From positions 12,958,001 to 13,022,000 of the forward strand of contig JBHGNT010000002.1 of the NCBI GenBank assembly GCA_043228905.1: a stretch of DNA of 64,000 bases, read 5' to 3'. The notes beneath the pieces were generated by a model. The model did no database searches, was not told the DNA's origin, and saw nothing but the letters and a program-made list of their open reading frames with translations. Both the position numbers and the translations under genes were made by a program. The first letter of the stretch is position 1; the number at the start of each line of letters is the position of its first letter. Shown here piece by piece: positions 13,901 to 24,678 of the stretch. The stretch is from Azolla caroliniana. Lineage: Eukaryota > Plantae > Polypodiophyta.

Positions 13901-15565
13901 GCATGTCGTCATGCCGGGCTTGAGTCCTTCTGTGAATCTTGGTACTAGCTGCAAGAGTCGTCCTAACGGCAACATGATTTGGCATTCCTGCAATGCCTGC
14001 CATGTCGCGTTTTCAGACTGACTGCCGCCAGCGAGCTCTTTGCTGTTCTCCTTTTGCTGCGCAAGTTCTGCTACGTTTCGCTCATTTTCCTTTTTCACCC
14101 ATTCCATTGCCTGTTCCCGGATGGCCTCTTGTGTCTCCCATTCCGTCGTCTTGCCCTTCGACCTTGTGGTGACCTGTTGTAGGTCTGCAACTTCGGCGAC
14201 TACCATGTCTACTGTCGGTCGCTTATCATAGCTCTTTGTCGGACATTGATTACTATAATGTCCTTCTTGCCGGCAATAATAGCAATATGCTTTCCAGGTA
14301 TTGTTGGATTCGGGATTGTTTCCTGTACCCGGTGGAGGACCTCTGATAACCGCGGGGCTCTGGTCCGGTTGGCTGCTTGAGGCACCTTTTTCTGGTTCAC
14401 GTGGGTGGCTCCCATTTTTGAAATGCCGTTTTTTATTAAAGTTCTTTTTGTTGCAGTACCCTTGCCGGGGTTGGTCGTTATATCTCCCGTAATCTTCCCG
14501 TCGTTGGTGATACCCGGGGGAGTGATCAAGGTTGTGATGCTCGTACTATCCATTGTAATCACGATACCTGTCATATCTCTCGTACCGATCATAGTTGTCT
14601 TGCCGATCGCCGTACCGGACATCCTGTACCGGTCGATATCGCTCCTCTTGCCGCCAGCGTTCGTCTTCTTCGTCACGGCTACTACGTGGCTCAATTTGCT
14701 GGACTGGTGGTGCTTGCCAATTCAATAAGTTATATTCGCACCGGTCCATCGTGTGGCTCGTAGATTGGCAGAGTAAGCAATGCGTCCGCATGGTGCACTC
14801 CAGTGCCGAGTGTCCGGAATTCAAGCAGGTCGTGCATTGGATTGCTTGCCGGAACCGGAGATCCTCATCGGTTGGTAACGCTCGTTGGAGGGCTCCCATT
14901 GTTAGCCAAGATCTCGTTTTCTCCATTTCTCTAACCCGGTCGACGGTGCTTGTGCAAAAGTCGATGACTGTGCATACCTTCGTAGAGGTTCCCGGAGCGC
15001 GGCTAAAAATATAGCCCGTGTTTCTTCCTTCGGAGGTTCGTGGGTAAGCTGACTGTGCATTCGTTGAAACTGGATGACAAACTGCGGGATGCTCTCCTCG
15101 GGGTCCTACCGGATGGTATAAAATAGGCCCACCATTTCTCTCTGGTTCAGCTCCTTCTGAAAGAAGTGCAAGAATTTATCTTTCAGGTCCGCAAAGGTGG
15201 TGATGGTGTTGCGATCCTGCGTCCGGTGCCATCTGGCGGCCGGTCCTTCAAATGTCACGCCGAATTCGGCTATCTTAGATCGTTCCTCTTCGACCGCGGT
15301 TAACCGTTGTGACACATGGTTCGCTTCCCATGTTTTTTGAAACACGTGAACATGAGCCTCCGCGTCCGGGTCATCCCGATACTTGGAGTACTGGAACGAC
15401 ATGTCGTCGTCCGGTGTCGGTACACGGGCTGGCGTTTTCAGTGGTCTTTCTTGCTGTTCCATCGGCATTGGAGGTCTTTGCCGGTCTTCCCTTGGTGTTT
15501 CCGGCTCGACTTCCGGTGTCGGAGGTCTTTCTTTGTCTTCTTCCATCTCCGGAGGTTGCTCCACG

Positions 15566-15876
15566 TCTAGTGCGAGGGGTTCCCGGTCTGCTAACTCTGG
15601 TTCCAGTGTCGGTACTGTATCCGACTCCTCATCCTCCGGTCCTCCTGGGGTGTCGTTACTGCTGCGATAGTTCGTGTGCGCGCCGTAACCCCCTTCTTGA
15701 GAGAGAGCACGTCTTCCTGGGGTGTCGTTACTACTGAGAGAGCATGTCTAGTGCGTGGGGTTCCCGGTCTGCCAACTCTGGTTCCAGTGTCGGTATTGTA
15801 TCCGACTCCTCTTCCTCCAGTCCTCCTAGGGTGTCGTTACTGCTGCGATAGTTCGTGTGCGCGCCGTAACCCCCTT
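15566..15876. repeat. About 130-bp direct duplication with about 50-bp filler in the G2 gag N-terminal region
   Basis: 15566-15695 is repeated at 15746-15876; G1 has a single copy (about 6142-6272, opposite strand). Confidence 0.85.
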
Positions 15877-18800
15877 CCGAATCCGATTCCAGCGCTGAAA
15901 ATGCTTCGGATTCGGCGTCTCTTCCGGCCAAGGCCCGGAGAAGGGATTTCGCTTCCCGGAGACTGCTTAAGCTGCTTCCTTCGTCCGGGTAGGCGTTTTG
16001 TTGCAAACAAAGCGACTCCTCCGCCACTTTCCGGATCACTTTGGAAAATGATCGATCTGTTCGGATTTCTTCTGTTGCTTGCTGGAAAGCCTCTCGCCGC
16101 CTTCTTCATTCAGCAAGTCTTCGTGCTCTCTCAGTAACCGGGTCGTCTGTTGGCCTAGTCATCCATTCCCGCCGATGTTCACTGTGATTGTGCAGGAATC
16201 GTGGTCGCCAAAAACTGTTTTAATCCTAGGTCCGGACAACAGCCTAACACAGGGTGTCCACTTAAGACACTTCACCAAAGGGTGTTACGGCAAGATGACT
16301 TAGGGCACAACGCTTAATTTGACCTTAATCGATTACTTAGCAACACATCATTAATACACATAAGATATAACAATGAGTACAGAACGGTAATCAATGTTTA
16401 AAGATTAAAGCAATAAGTTCTATTAATTATCCGCTCTCGATTACATTGTAACCGGGCCTTTATATAGGTCTCCGGTGCGAAATACAAAATGGTGCTAACT
16501 AGCACCTTTTCGGGATCGGTCCGGATCCTGATCGGCATACCGATTCCGGTTCGTCCGTCCACATCTTCTCATATATTACTATATATTTTAAGACTACTAA
16601 TTACAACAGTTCCCGAATAAACTATTCCTTTTCACACTCTGGTTTGGATCTCCTTAAGCCTTCCTGCCAGTCGGTAACATCCTCCGTCGAAATTCTTCAC
16701 AAATATATAGTGGTCATCTTGTTTCTTGTGGTATGCCTGGTCAGTCATGAAGGAGTCGAACTTCCGATACCATTGTCGGGGAGCTTGCTTCAGTCCGTAT
16801 AAGCTCTTCTTCAACCGACACACCAAATGCTCCTTCCCTTTCTTCACAAATCCTTCTGGCTGCTGCATGTAGATCTCCTCTTCGAGGTCACCATGGAGGA
16901 ACGTCAACTTTATGTCTAGTTGCTCTACCTCGAGGTCCATGCTTGCCTCTATGCTCAGCACTGTCCGAATGGAAGTCATCTTAACTACTAGGGAAAAGAT
17001 CTCGTCGAAATCTAGTCCTTTCTTTTGCTGGAACCCCTTCACCACGATCTGAGCTTTGTATCTCGGTGGGTTTCTGGCATCTCCCGATTTTAGCTTGTAC
17101 ACCCACTTGTTTTGGAGTGCTCTCTTTCCTTTCGGCAACTTCGTCAGTTCATACGTGTGGTTCTCATGCAGGGAATCCATCTCATCCTGCATGGCACTCA
17201 ACCACTTGCAGTTGTGGGTGTCTTTCTTTGCTTCTTCGAAGATTTCTGGCTCCCTCTCGTTGGTCAGCAATACGTGCTCTGCAACCAGAAATCTCAGGGG
17301 GCCTCTTCTCTCCCTGAGAGGGTATCTCCATCTTTGGTCTTCGGAATCCGATTCGAGGTCTTGTCCGGTTCCAGTGTCTTCTTCTTCTTCTTCTTTGGTC
17401 GGTTCGGTTTCTTGTCCGTATTCGGCCAGTTCGTCGAGTGTCATCCGGTTTCCGGCCAACATCCAGTTTTCACCGGCCAACATCCAGTTTTCAACTGGGT
17501 AGGTCCTTGTGTCTTCAAACCGTTTTTCATTGTATTTCATCATCTTCTTCTCCGACTCCCAGTCGGTAATGGTCCTATCTTCCATGAAGACTATGTTTTG
17601 ACTCCGGAACACCTTCTTGTCTACCAGATTTGACACCCGGTAACCGAACTCATCATCGCCGTATCCAAAGAATATGCATGGCCAGAACTTCGGATCCAAT
17701 TTCGCTCTCTTGTCCTTTGCTACATGCACGTAGGTGAGACAGCCAAACACCTTCAGATGCTGGTAACATACATCTTTACCGGTCCATACTTTCTGTGGTA
17801 AGTCTCCTTCCAAGGGTGTTGAGGGCACCATCTTCCAAAATATAGAAACTCGATTAACGACATTTTTGTTCTAGAACATGATACCGATCTTCTCCCAGAG
17901 TTCATGAGCCTTACTTTCTTCTTGAAGTTGTTGTACAAGCTCATGTTGATGAAGCACCGGATGTACGCCGTCGTCTTCATGTGCATCACCGCCCATGTCC
18001 CTACATTGATCTTATTTGGTTTCTTGTCCCCAAACTATACCGGCAACCAAAGATCTTTAACCACCAGCATATCCCTCATCTTCGACTTCCACACTGAGTA
18101 GTTGGAGCCGGTGAGCTTGAACATGCTGCCGACGATTCTTCCATTTCATGTGTTGTTCGCTCCATTACCAAATTGAAGAGAAATAGCGCGGAATATTGCT
18201 CGGTTGGAATATTGCTTGGTCACAACCGAGTCTTGAATCACTTCGATGAGAATCAAACGCAGAAATGGGAAGTAGGGAATGAACGCACGTACACACACAA
18301 ACAACGATAGAGAATACACAGGATGTTTACGTGGAAAACCCTAATAGGGAAAAACCACGAGAGCCCACAGACTCCAAACTATCACTATATAAGAAAGGTA
18401 CAAACAGAGACTCAGAGGCAATGACCTCGAGCTCTGTATCTTCGCTAGCCGACGGTTACAATAGAGTATCGCTCTGTATCTCTCTCTCTCTATACAACAG
18501 TTATGCACATACAACAATATGACAACACTAATATCTGTGATTGCCCTAGGTCATATTTATACTCATATGAAATTAGGGCTATTTACAAATATAGTCTCAA
18601 TAGGCTTACTCAAAACATATTTACAAATATGTCTTCTCTTCCGGTTCTCACCGGGTCCATCCGATTCGGTTTCCGGATCTCTTGCGATTCTCACTGGATC
18701 CTCTTCATTCATAACCCGATCCCATCCGGAGGGACCGACTGACTCAAGCAAGCCCCACGTGCCTAGAACGTGAAGATCACATAGAGACTACATTGGATGG

Positions 18801-21800
18801 GGTTTGCTCCATCGAAATCAAACACTTCACTCTTTATCTGGCAAGGTCGAAACGGGCTGGTGAGCATATTGCTCTATGTGGATGACCTTGTCATCGTGGG
18901 CGCCGACCTGGACGAAATCGGTCGCGTCAAATCCTAGCTCGAAATGAAGAATATTGATGACCTTCATTACTTCCTCGGGATCGAAGTGATCGGTGTTGGG
19001 AAATAGGTCCCTCCGGATGGGAAGAGAAGAATTGATTTGGTGAGTAACTCGGCCGGCCCAAAACCAAAATCGAGGATACAAGGGTAATTCAGAAGACTAT
19101 AATTGTTAATAGTCTACAATGCCTCTTGGGGCCTATACTTGTAAATAGCCAAAAAGTTGCTTTTGTTTATAGCCAACTAGGGAAAACTTTAGTAAGTAGT
19201 AGTTGATCATTATTGTAAAGTTAGAACGAGGTAGTTGCCTCTATAACCATGAGTGAGAGAGTGAGAGTTTAACTCTCTAGCCGTCTCTTAGACGAACGCG
19301 AACTTGAGGTCGTTGCCTCCTAGTTCCGTATTTGTACTTCCTCTCGACTATAGTGATCTATTTTCTCGGGGTTTGTGGACCCCCGTGGTTTGTTCCCATT
19401 TCGGGTTTTTACACGTAAAATGTCGGTGTCTCTATGTCTTCACGGTTTTCTGTTTGTGTACTAGTTCTTGGTTTCTACACACGAATATGTTACCCGTAAG
19501 AATATACAGGGAGGTATAAGGGTATGTGTAATGATGTGGTTGATGTGTATGTGTAAAGTAAATGAGTATGTGAGGATGAGTATGTGTGAGCACATGCACA
19601 ATTATGTGCATGTGACAAGAGTGTAACGGTCGTCTCTTTTGTAACGGTCATTATTTACCGTTACATTATTGTAAAAGAATAGCGTGCGGAAGAAAATAGG
19701 AAACCGAACATAGAAACATAGGTTTAATGGAGAGCTTAGGATATACGCAGTACACGGGAGAGATAGAGAGAGAATGCACACAAACTCAATTAAAAAATAA
19801 TGCTCAGTTTGTACATCCTATGTGTTCAGTGAACACTTTTATACAAGTCCATACGGACTGACAGAAGTACGGTGTACTTCAATGCTCACACAAGTGTCTG
19901 ACACTAACTATGAGACATTAACTTCCTAGTAGTCTAGGCTGCTACTAGGCTTCCGGTTACTAATGGATCGGCTAACCGGCTCCCCAGTTCACCAACTCAC
20001 CGATCTGGTTCATCCTTCCGGATGCCAATCCGGCTCAGGCTTATTCAGCCGATCCGGATCCGGTTGAGCTTGTCGCTCAACACTCCCCCTCAAGCTCAAC
20101 TTGAGGTCGGATCGTAGTGTCAGTCTCCATGGCAGCTGGTCCCTTCACCCGGCTCCTTCTAGCGTCACTCCGCCTCGCTCGCGCTCCTTATTCAGTCCGG
20201 TCCCGTTTGCCACGACCCTTCTGTTTCTGTGCACCTTGACCTCCTCGGTCGGCTTGTTTGTTCAACAGGCCCAATTCAGCTCCCTCGTTGTTGTGACTTC
20301 GGTGCTTGCCGATTCGCCGATTCCTTCGTGTTGGCGTCAACTTTCGCTGCCTTCTCGTCATCTTGGCCTTGAATTGATCCAGTTCTTCTGAATCCATCTA
20401 TTGAACCGAATCGGCTATCTCCGATTTGTTCCAGTTCTTGTCCGAATCGGTTGTTCCCGATTCGTTTTCCTGTTCCAGGCCCTTCACCACATCGGACCAT
20501 GTCCTGGTCTTGGCGGCTCTCTCTTTCTTGACTCTGTCGCCACTGCCGCTAGTTCCGACTTGTTCAGATGTGTCAACTTCCTTTGTCAACTCGGCTCCTT
20601 TCTTTTTCTTGTCTCTCCCCTTGTCGGTTCTTCCCTTACTAGCGCAATCTACAGTCTCTTTGCCTTTGCCCGTTCCGGTGTCTTTGCTAATTCTCCCCCT
20701 CAAATGTGGCACGTCGAGATGCTGAACACAAAGCATTTCGGTGAAGTGCTGCAACTTGTCCGATCCGAGCAGTTTGGTGAAGATGTTGGCAACTTGCCGA
20801 TCCATATGAACATACCAAAGTTCGACTTCACCACTCAGAACACCCTCACGCACGAAGTGGTAGTGCACTTCTATCTGCTTTGTGCGAGCATGGAATACAG
20901 GGTTCTTGCCGAGCTGCATGCTGCTTATGTTGTCGCAGTAGAGCAGGATTGGGGTCGGCACCTCGATCCGCAAGTCTTGCAGTAGTTGCCGGAGCCAAAT
21001 GGCTTCAGAGGTGGCAACGGTAGCGCCCTGGTATTCAGCCTCAGTGCTCGAAAGGGCCATTGTTGGCTGCTTTTTGCTGTTCCACACAATAGCCACGCTA
21101 CCAAGGGAAAACATATAGCTGGAGGTGGATTGGCGATCTGATGCATCCCCGGCCCAATCGGCATCGGTGTAGCTGACTAGCTCTCAAGTTATACCATGCC
21201 AGTATAACAGTCCCCGTTCCTTCGTGCCGCTCACATATCGCAAAATTCGATGCCCGCAAAGAAGGAGCTCCACGGTCAGCTTCTGCATGTATTGGCTAAT
21301 CACGCCGACCGGATAACTGATGTCGAGTCAGGTGATTGTCAAATATATAAGGCTTCCAACGATTTGTCAGAACCGTTTCTCATCGCAGGCCGGTCCGGAG
21401 TCGGGACGGAGCTTTTGGTTCCGGTCCAGGGGTGTAGAGATAGGTCGACATTCTGTCATGCCGAACTTGTACAACATATTCAACACATAGTGTCTCTGTG
21501 AGAGAAATATGCCGTCGGGGGTTCAGATCACCTCGATCCCAAGGAAATAGTGAAGGTCCCCCAAGTCCTTCATATCAAATGTATCTGACAGCTGGGACTT
21601 GACTCGGCCGATTTTAGCGAATCCCGGTCCGGTGATGACTAGATCATCAACATACAGCAAGATGCAGACCGGATAGTCTTGACCTTGCCGGATGAACAAC
21701 GAAGAGTCAGACTTGGAGGCCGCAAACCCATCTTACGCAACCGGTGCATGATCTTTGTATTCCAAGCTCGGGGGGCTTGCTTTAGGCCATAAAGTGACTT

Positions 21801-22585
21801 CTTCAGTCGGCATACCGCCGACTTGTTGATCTCCGACTGGAAACTGGGGGGTTGGGTCATAAAGAACTCTTCTTCAAGATCTCCTTTAAGAAATGCATTC
21901 TTCACGTCCATCTGGTGAAGATGCCACCCCTTTGCCGCATCAACCGCCAGCACCACACGAACCGTCGTCATCTTTGCTACTGGAGCGAAGGTCTCATTGT
22001 AGTCGATTCCGTGGGTCTGCGCGTATCGCTTCGCCACTAACTGGGCCTTGTACCGGTTAACCGAACCGTCAACATTGTACTTTACCTTGTACACCCACTT
22101 ACATCCGATCAGTTTACAGTGTCAGGGAGGGTCAACTAAGTCCCATGTGTCACAAAATGTGAATATCAAGGTTTGAACTCGTGACCTTCAAACAATGGTA
22201 TTACACTTCAACCATTGCACCAACTCATTTTCATTAATAAATACATTTTCATAACTCTAGAGCACTAGACACATTAGATGACCGCCAAATGGCATGCACC
22301 CTGTACGCCAAGTGGCGCACAACATATATGCCAAATGGCGATCGTGCACATTCTGATGTACAGTATATAAGTCGAAGATCTGCTTAGTGTTGAACCTTCC
22401 GGTTCAAACTGTCGCGACCCAAGCTTCGAAGACAAGGTTGATTTGGAAGAAAAGAAGATAATAACAAACGAGAAGATGTTTACAAGACAAAAATACAAGA
22501 ATTTCTATTACCGGAAACAACACAAGATATTTTAGACCACATTGTTCAAGATTGTGCTTCTTGTTCACGCTCCAAGTTTTCTCGC

Positions 22586-23912
22586 ATGGATTATGGGAAC
22601 TTCAATTGGCATGATGGGTTGCTTTTTCGAAACAACCGTACTTATATTCCCGATGGACCTTTTCGACTTGAAGTCTTGCATCACTGCCATGATTCACCGC
22701 TAGCTGGACATTTTAGAGTTTTGAAAACATTAGAGCTAGTTACCCGAAACTATTGGTGGCCTCAGGTTCGTCAGTTTGTCATAGACTATGTTTCTACTTG
22801 TGATGTATGTTGTTGATCAAAGATGCCTCGACATCGGCCATATGGTTTCTCGCACCCATTGCCCATTTCAGATGGTCCGTGGAAATCCATTTCTATCGAT
22901 TTCATCACAGATCTCCCATCTTCCCAAGGCTATGATGCAATTCTTACAGTGGTGGATCGCTTTACGAAAATGGCACATTTTCTTCCATGTCGAAAAACTT
23001 TTACTAGTCAACAATTGACAAGTCTTGTTATGCGAGAAGTTTTCAAGCACCATGGCCTTCCAGATGAAATCATTAATGATCGTGGACCACAATTTATTGC
23101 AAAGTTTTGGACACACTTACTTGAGAGCCTTGGAATTTCTCGTAAACTATCTTCAAGCTACCATCCTCAAACCGATGGGCAAACAAAACGCACAAATCAA
23201 ACATTAGAACAATATCTCCGTTGCTTTATCAACTATCAACAAGATGATTGGATGGATTTCTTACATATAGCAGAATTTTCCTACAATAATTCAATGCATT
23301 CTTCTACAGGATTCACTCCGTTCTTTGCAAACACAGGATATCATCCTCGATGGATGATGCTCGAATGTCCAAAAGTCTCAAACAATCCCACAGTCAAAGA
23401 TCGTCTAGAAAAACTCAAAGAAATTCAAACCAACCTTTCTCACAATTTGCTTCATGCTCAAGCCAAGGACAAGAAGGTGGCGGATAAACATTGCTTAGAT
23501 TCTTCACTTGAAGACCCTAAGTTTAAAGTTGGTGATCGTGTCTGGTTATTGCGTTGTAATGTGAAAACTACTCGACCAAGTGCCAAATTGGATTTCCAAC
23601 GTCTAGGTCCATTTGTAATCTCTCATCCAGTCAACGATGTTGCATTTCATTTGGACCTACCTTCACATATGCGTCTTCATCCAGTATTTCATGTTTCATT
23701 ATTAGAACCATGGACATCAAGTTCTATTCCAAATCGGGTTATCGCACCACCACCTCCGGTTCAACTTGTTGAAGGACTTGAATATGAAGTAGAAGCTATT
23801 TTGGACTCTAAGGTCATCCGCAATAAGTTATATTATCTGGTAGATTGGCTGGGATACACGCCTGCGGATCAGATATGGGAACCTGCAACAAACATTACTA
23901 ATGCCTATGAGC
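22586..23912 (+). pseudogene. Chromovirus integrase with C-terminal chromodomain (chromodomain end at 29494-29540)
   Basis: HDSPLAGH...YWWP...C..C; WKSISIDFI; VVDRFTK; YHPQTDGQT; LGPF; HPVFHVSLL; YEVEAILD...YYLVDWLGY...WEP. Confidence 0.9.
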
Positions 23913-23931
23913 TGTTGGTAGACAGGTCCCT

Positions 23932-24190
23932 CCGGATGGTGCAAGCCCGGTATGAACCGGATGAGGAGAACCCGACTTCGGAGAGTCGGATGGTGCAGGC
24001 CCGGTATGAACCGGATGAGGAGTACCCGACTTCTGGGAGAGTTGGATGGTACAGGCCCGGTATGAACCGGATGAGGAGAACCCGACTTCTGGGAGAGTCG
24101 GATGGTGCAGGCCCGGTATGAACCGGATGAGGAGTACCCGACTGCGGAGAGTCGGATGCTGTAGGCCCGACTGCAGAGAGCCGGATGAAG
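23932..24190 (+). repeat. 54-55 bp tandem repeats (about 4 units) in the C1 LTR U3 (also 28770-29028)
   Basis: Unit CGGATGGTGCAGGCCCGGTATGAACCGGATGAGGAGWACCCGACTTC(T)GGGAGAGT. Confidence 0.9.
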
Positions 24191-24330
24191 CCCATCAAGG
24201 CTACATTTGTAAATAGCCGAAAAGTCATATTAGTATAAATATGACTTAGGGCAAACTTTTATGTTGGTTGTTGTCATTCTTGTTGTTCTTCTTTCTTGTT
24301 GGTGCAAGTAGAAATTAGAGCGCGCAACTG

Positions 24331-24364
<34 letters not shown>

Positions 24365-24678
24365 AGGTCGTTGCCTCTGTTGTAACCGCCGCCTGTGGCG
24401 AAGATCTGAGAACACGAGGTCGTTGCCTCAGTGATCTCACGGTTGTATATTTCTGCATAGTGACAGTTTGCAGCTGGTGGGCTGCCGTGGTTTTTCCCCT
24501 ATTTTGGGGTTTTCCACGTATACCTCCTGTGTACCATTTCTCCTCTCCTTTTTTCTTTTGTGTCGCGTTTCATTACTTGTTCTCTGTGTATGAAAAGAAT
24601 CTCGGTTGTGGCCGAGCGTCGGACATAAGGAACGTCGAGACCCCAACAAGTGGTATCAGAGCGAAATCGACACTGAAA

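Larger units (their letters stand above)
8588..16679 (-). mobile_element. Non-chromovirus Ty3/Gypsy G2 (same family as G1), 3' LTR lost
   Basis: LTR 16216-16679, PBS 16201-16210, gag with Cys/His knuckles about 14200-16170, protease IIDGGS 13613-14206, RT 12350-13235, integrase C-terminal half about 11600-12350, extra ORF downstream. Confidence 0.9.
5165..18740 (-). mobile_element. Tork-like Copia C0, deleted and interrupted by a Gypsy composite
   Basis: 5' LTR 18174-18740, degenerate PBS 18158-18170, gag fragment 17830-18145 fused to integrase-end/RT 16680-17830 (ORF 16632-17831), 3' LTR fragment 5165-5340; host B2 RT resumes at 18741 (GLKQAPRA). Confidence 0.8.

Noticed and set aside
22823-24121. 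Integrase with a novel repetitive C-terminus
   Set aside because: Chance read-through from the chromodomain into the inserted C1 LTR; the true end resumes at 29494
23932-24190. CRISPR-like periodic array
   Set aside because: Head-to-tail repeats without unique spacers, duplicated in both LTRs of a eukaryotic retrotransposon; no cas genes
24460-24678. 73-aa N-terminal extension of the C1 ORF (and 21 aa for C2, 36078-36140)
   Set aside because: Non-ATG ORF-caller start that runs through LTR U5 and the PBS; the ATG after the PBS is shared with related copies
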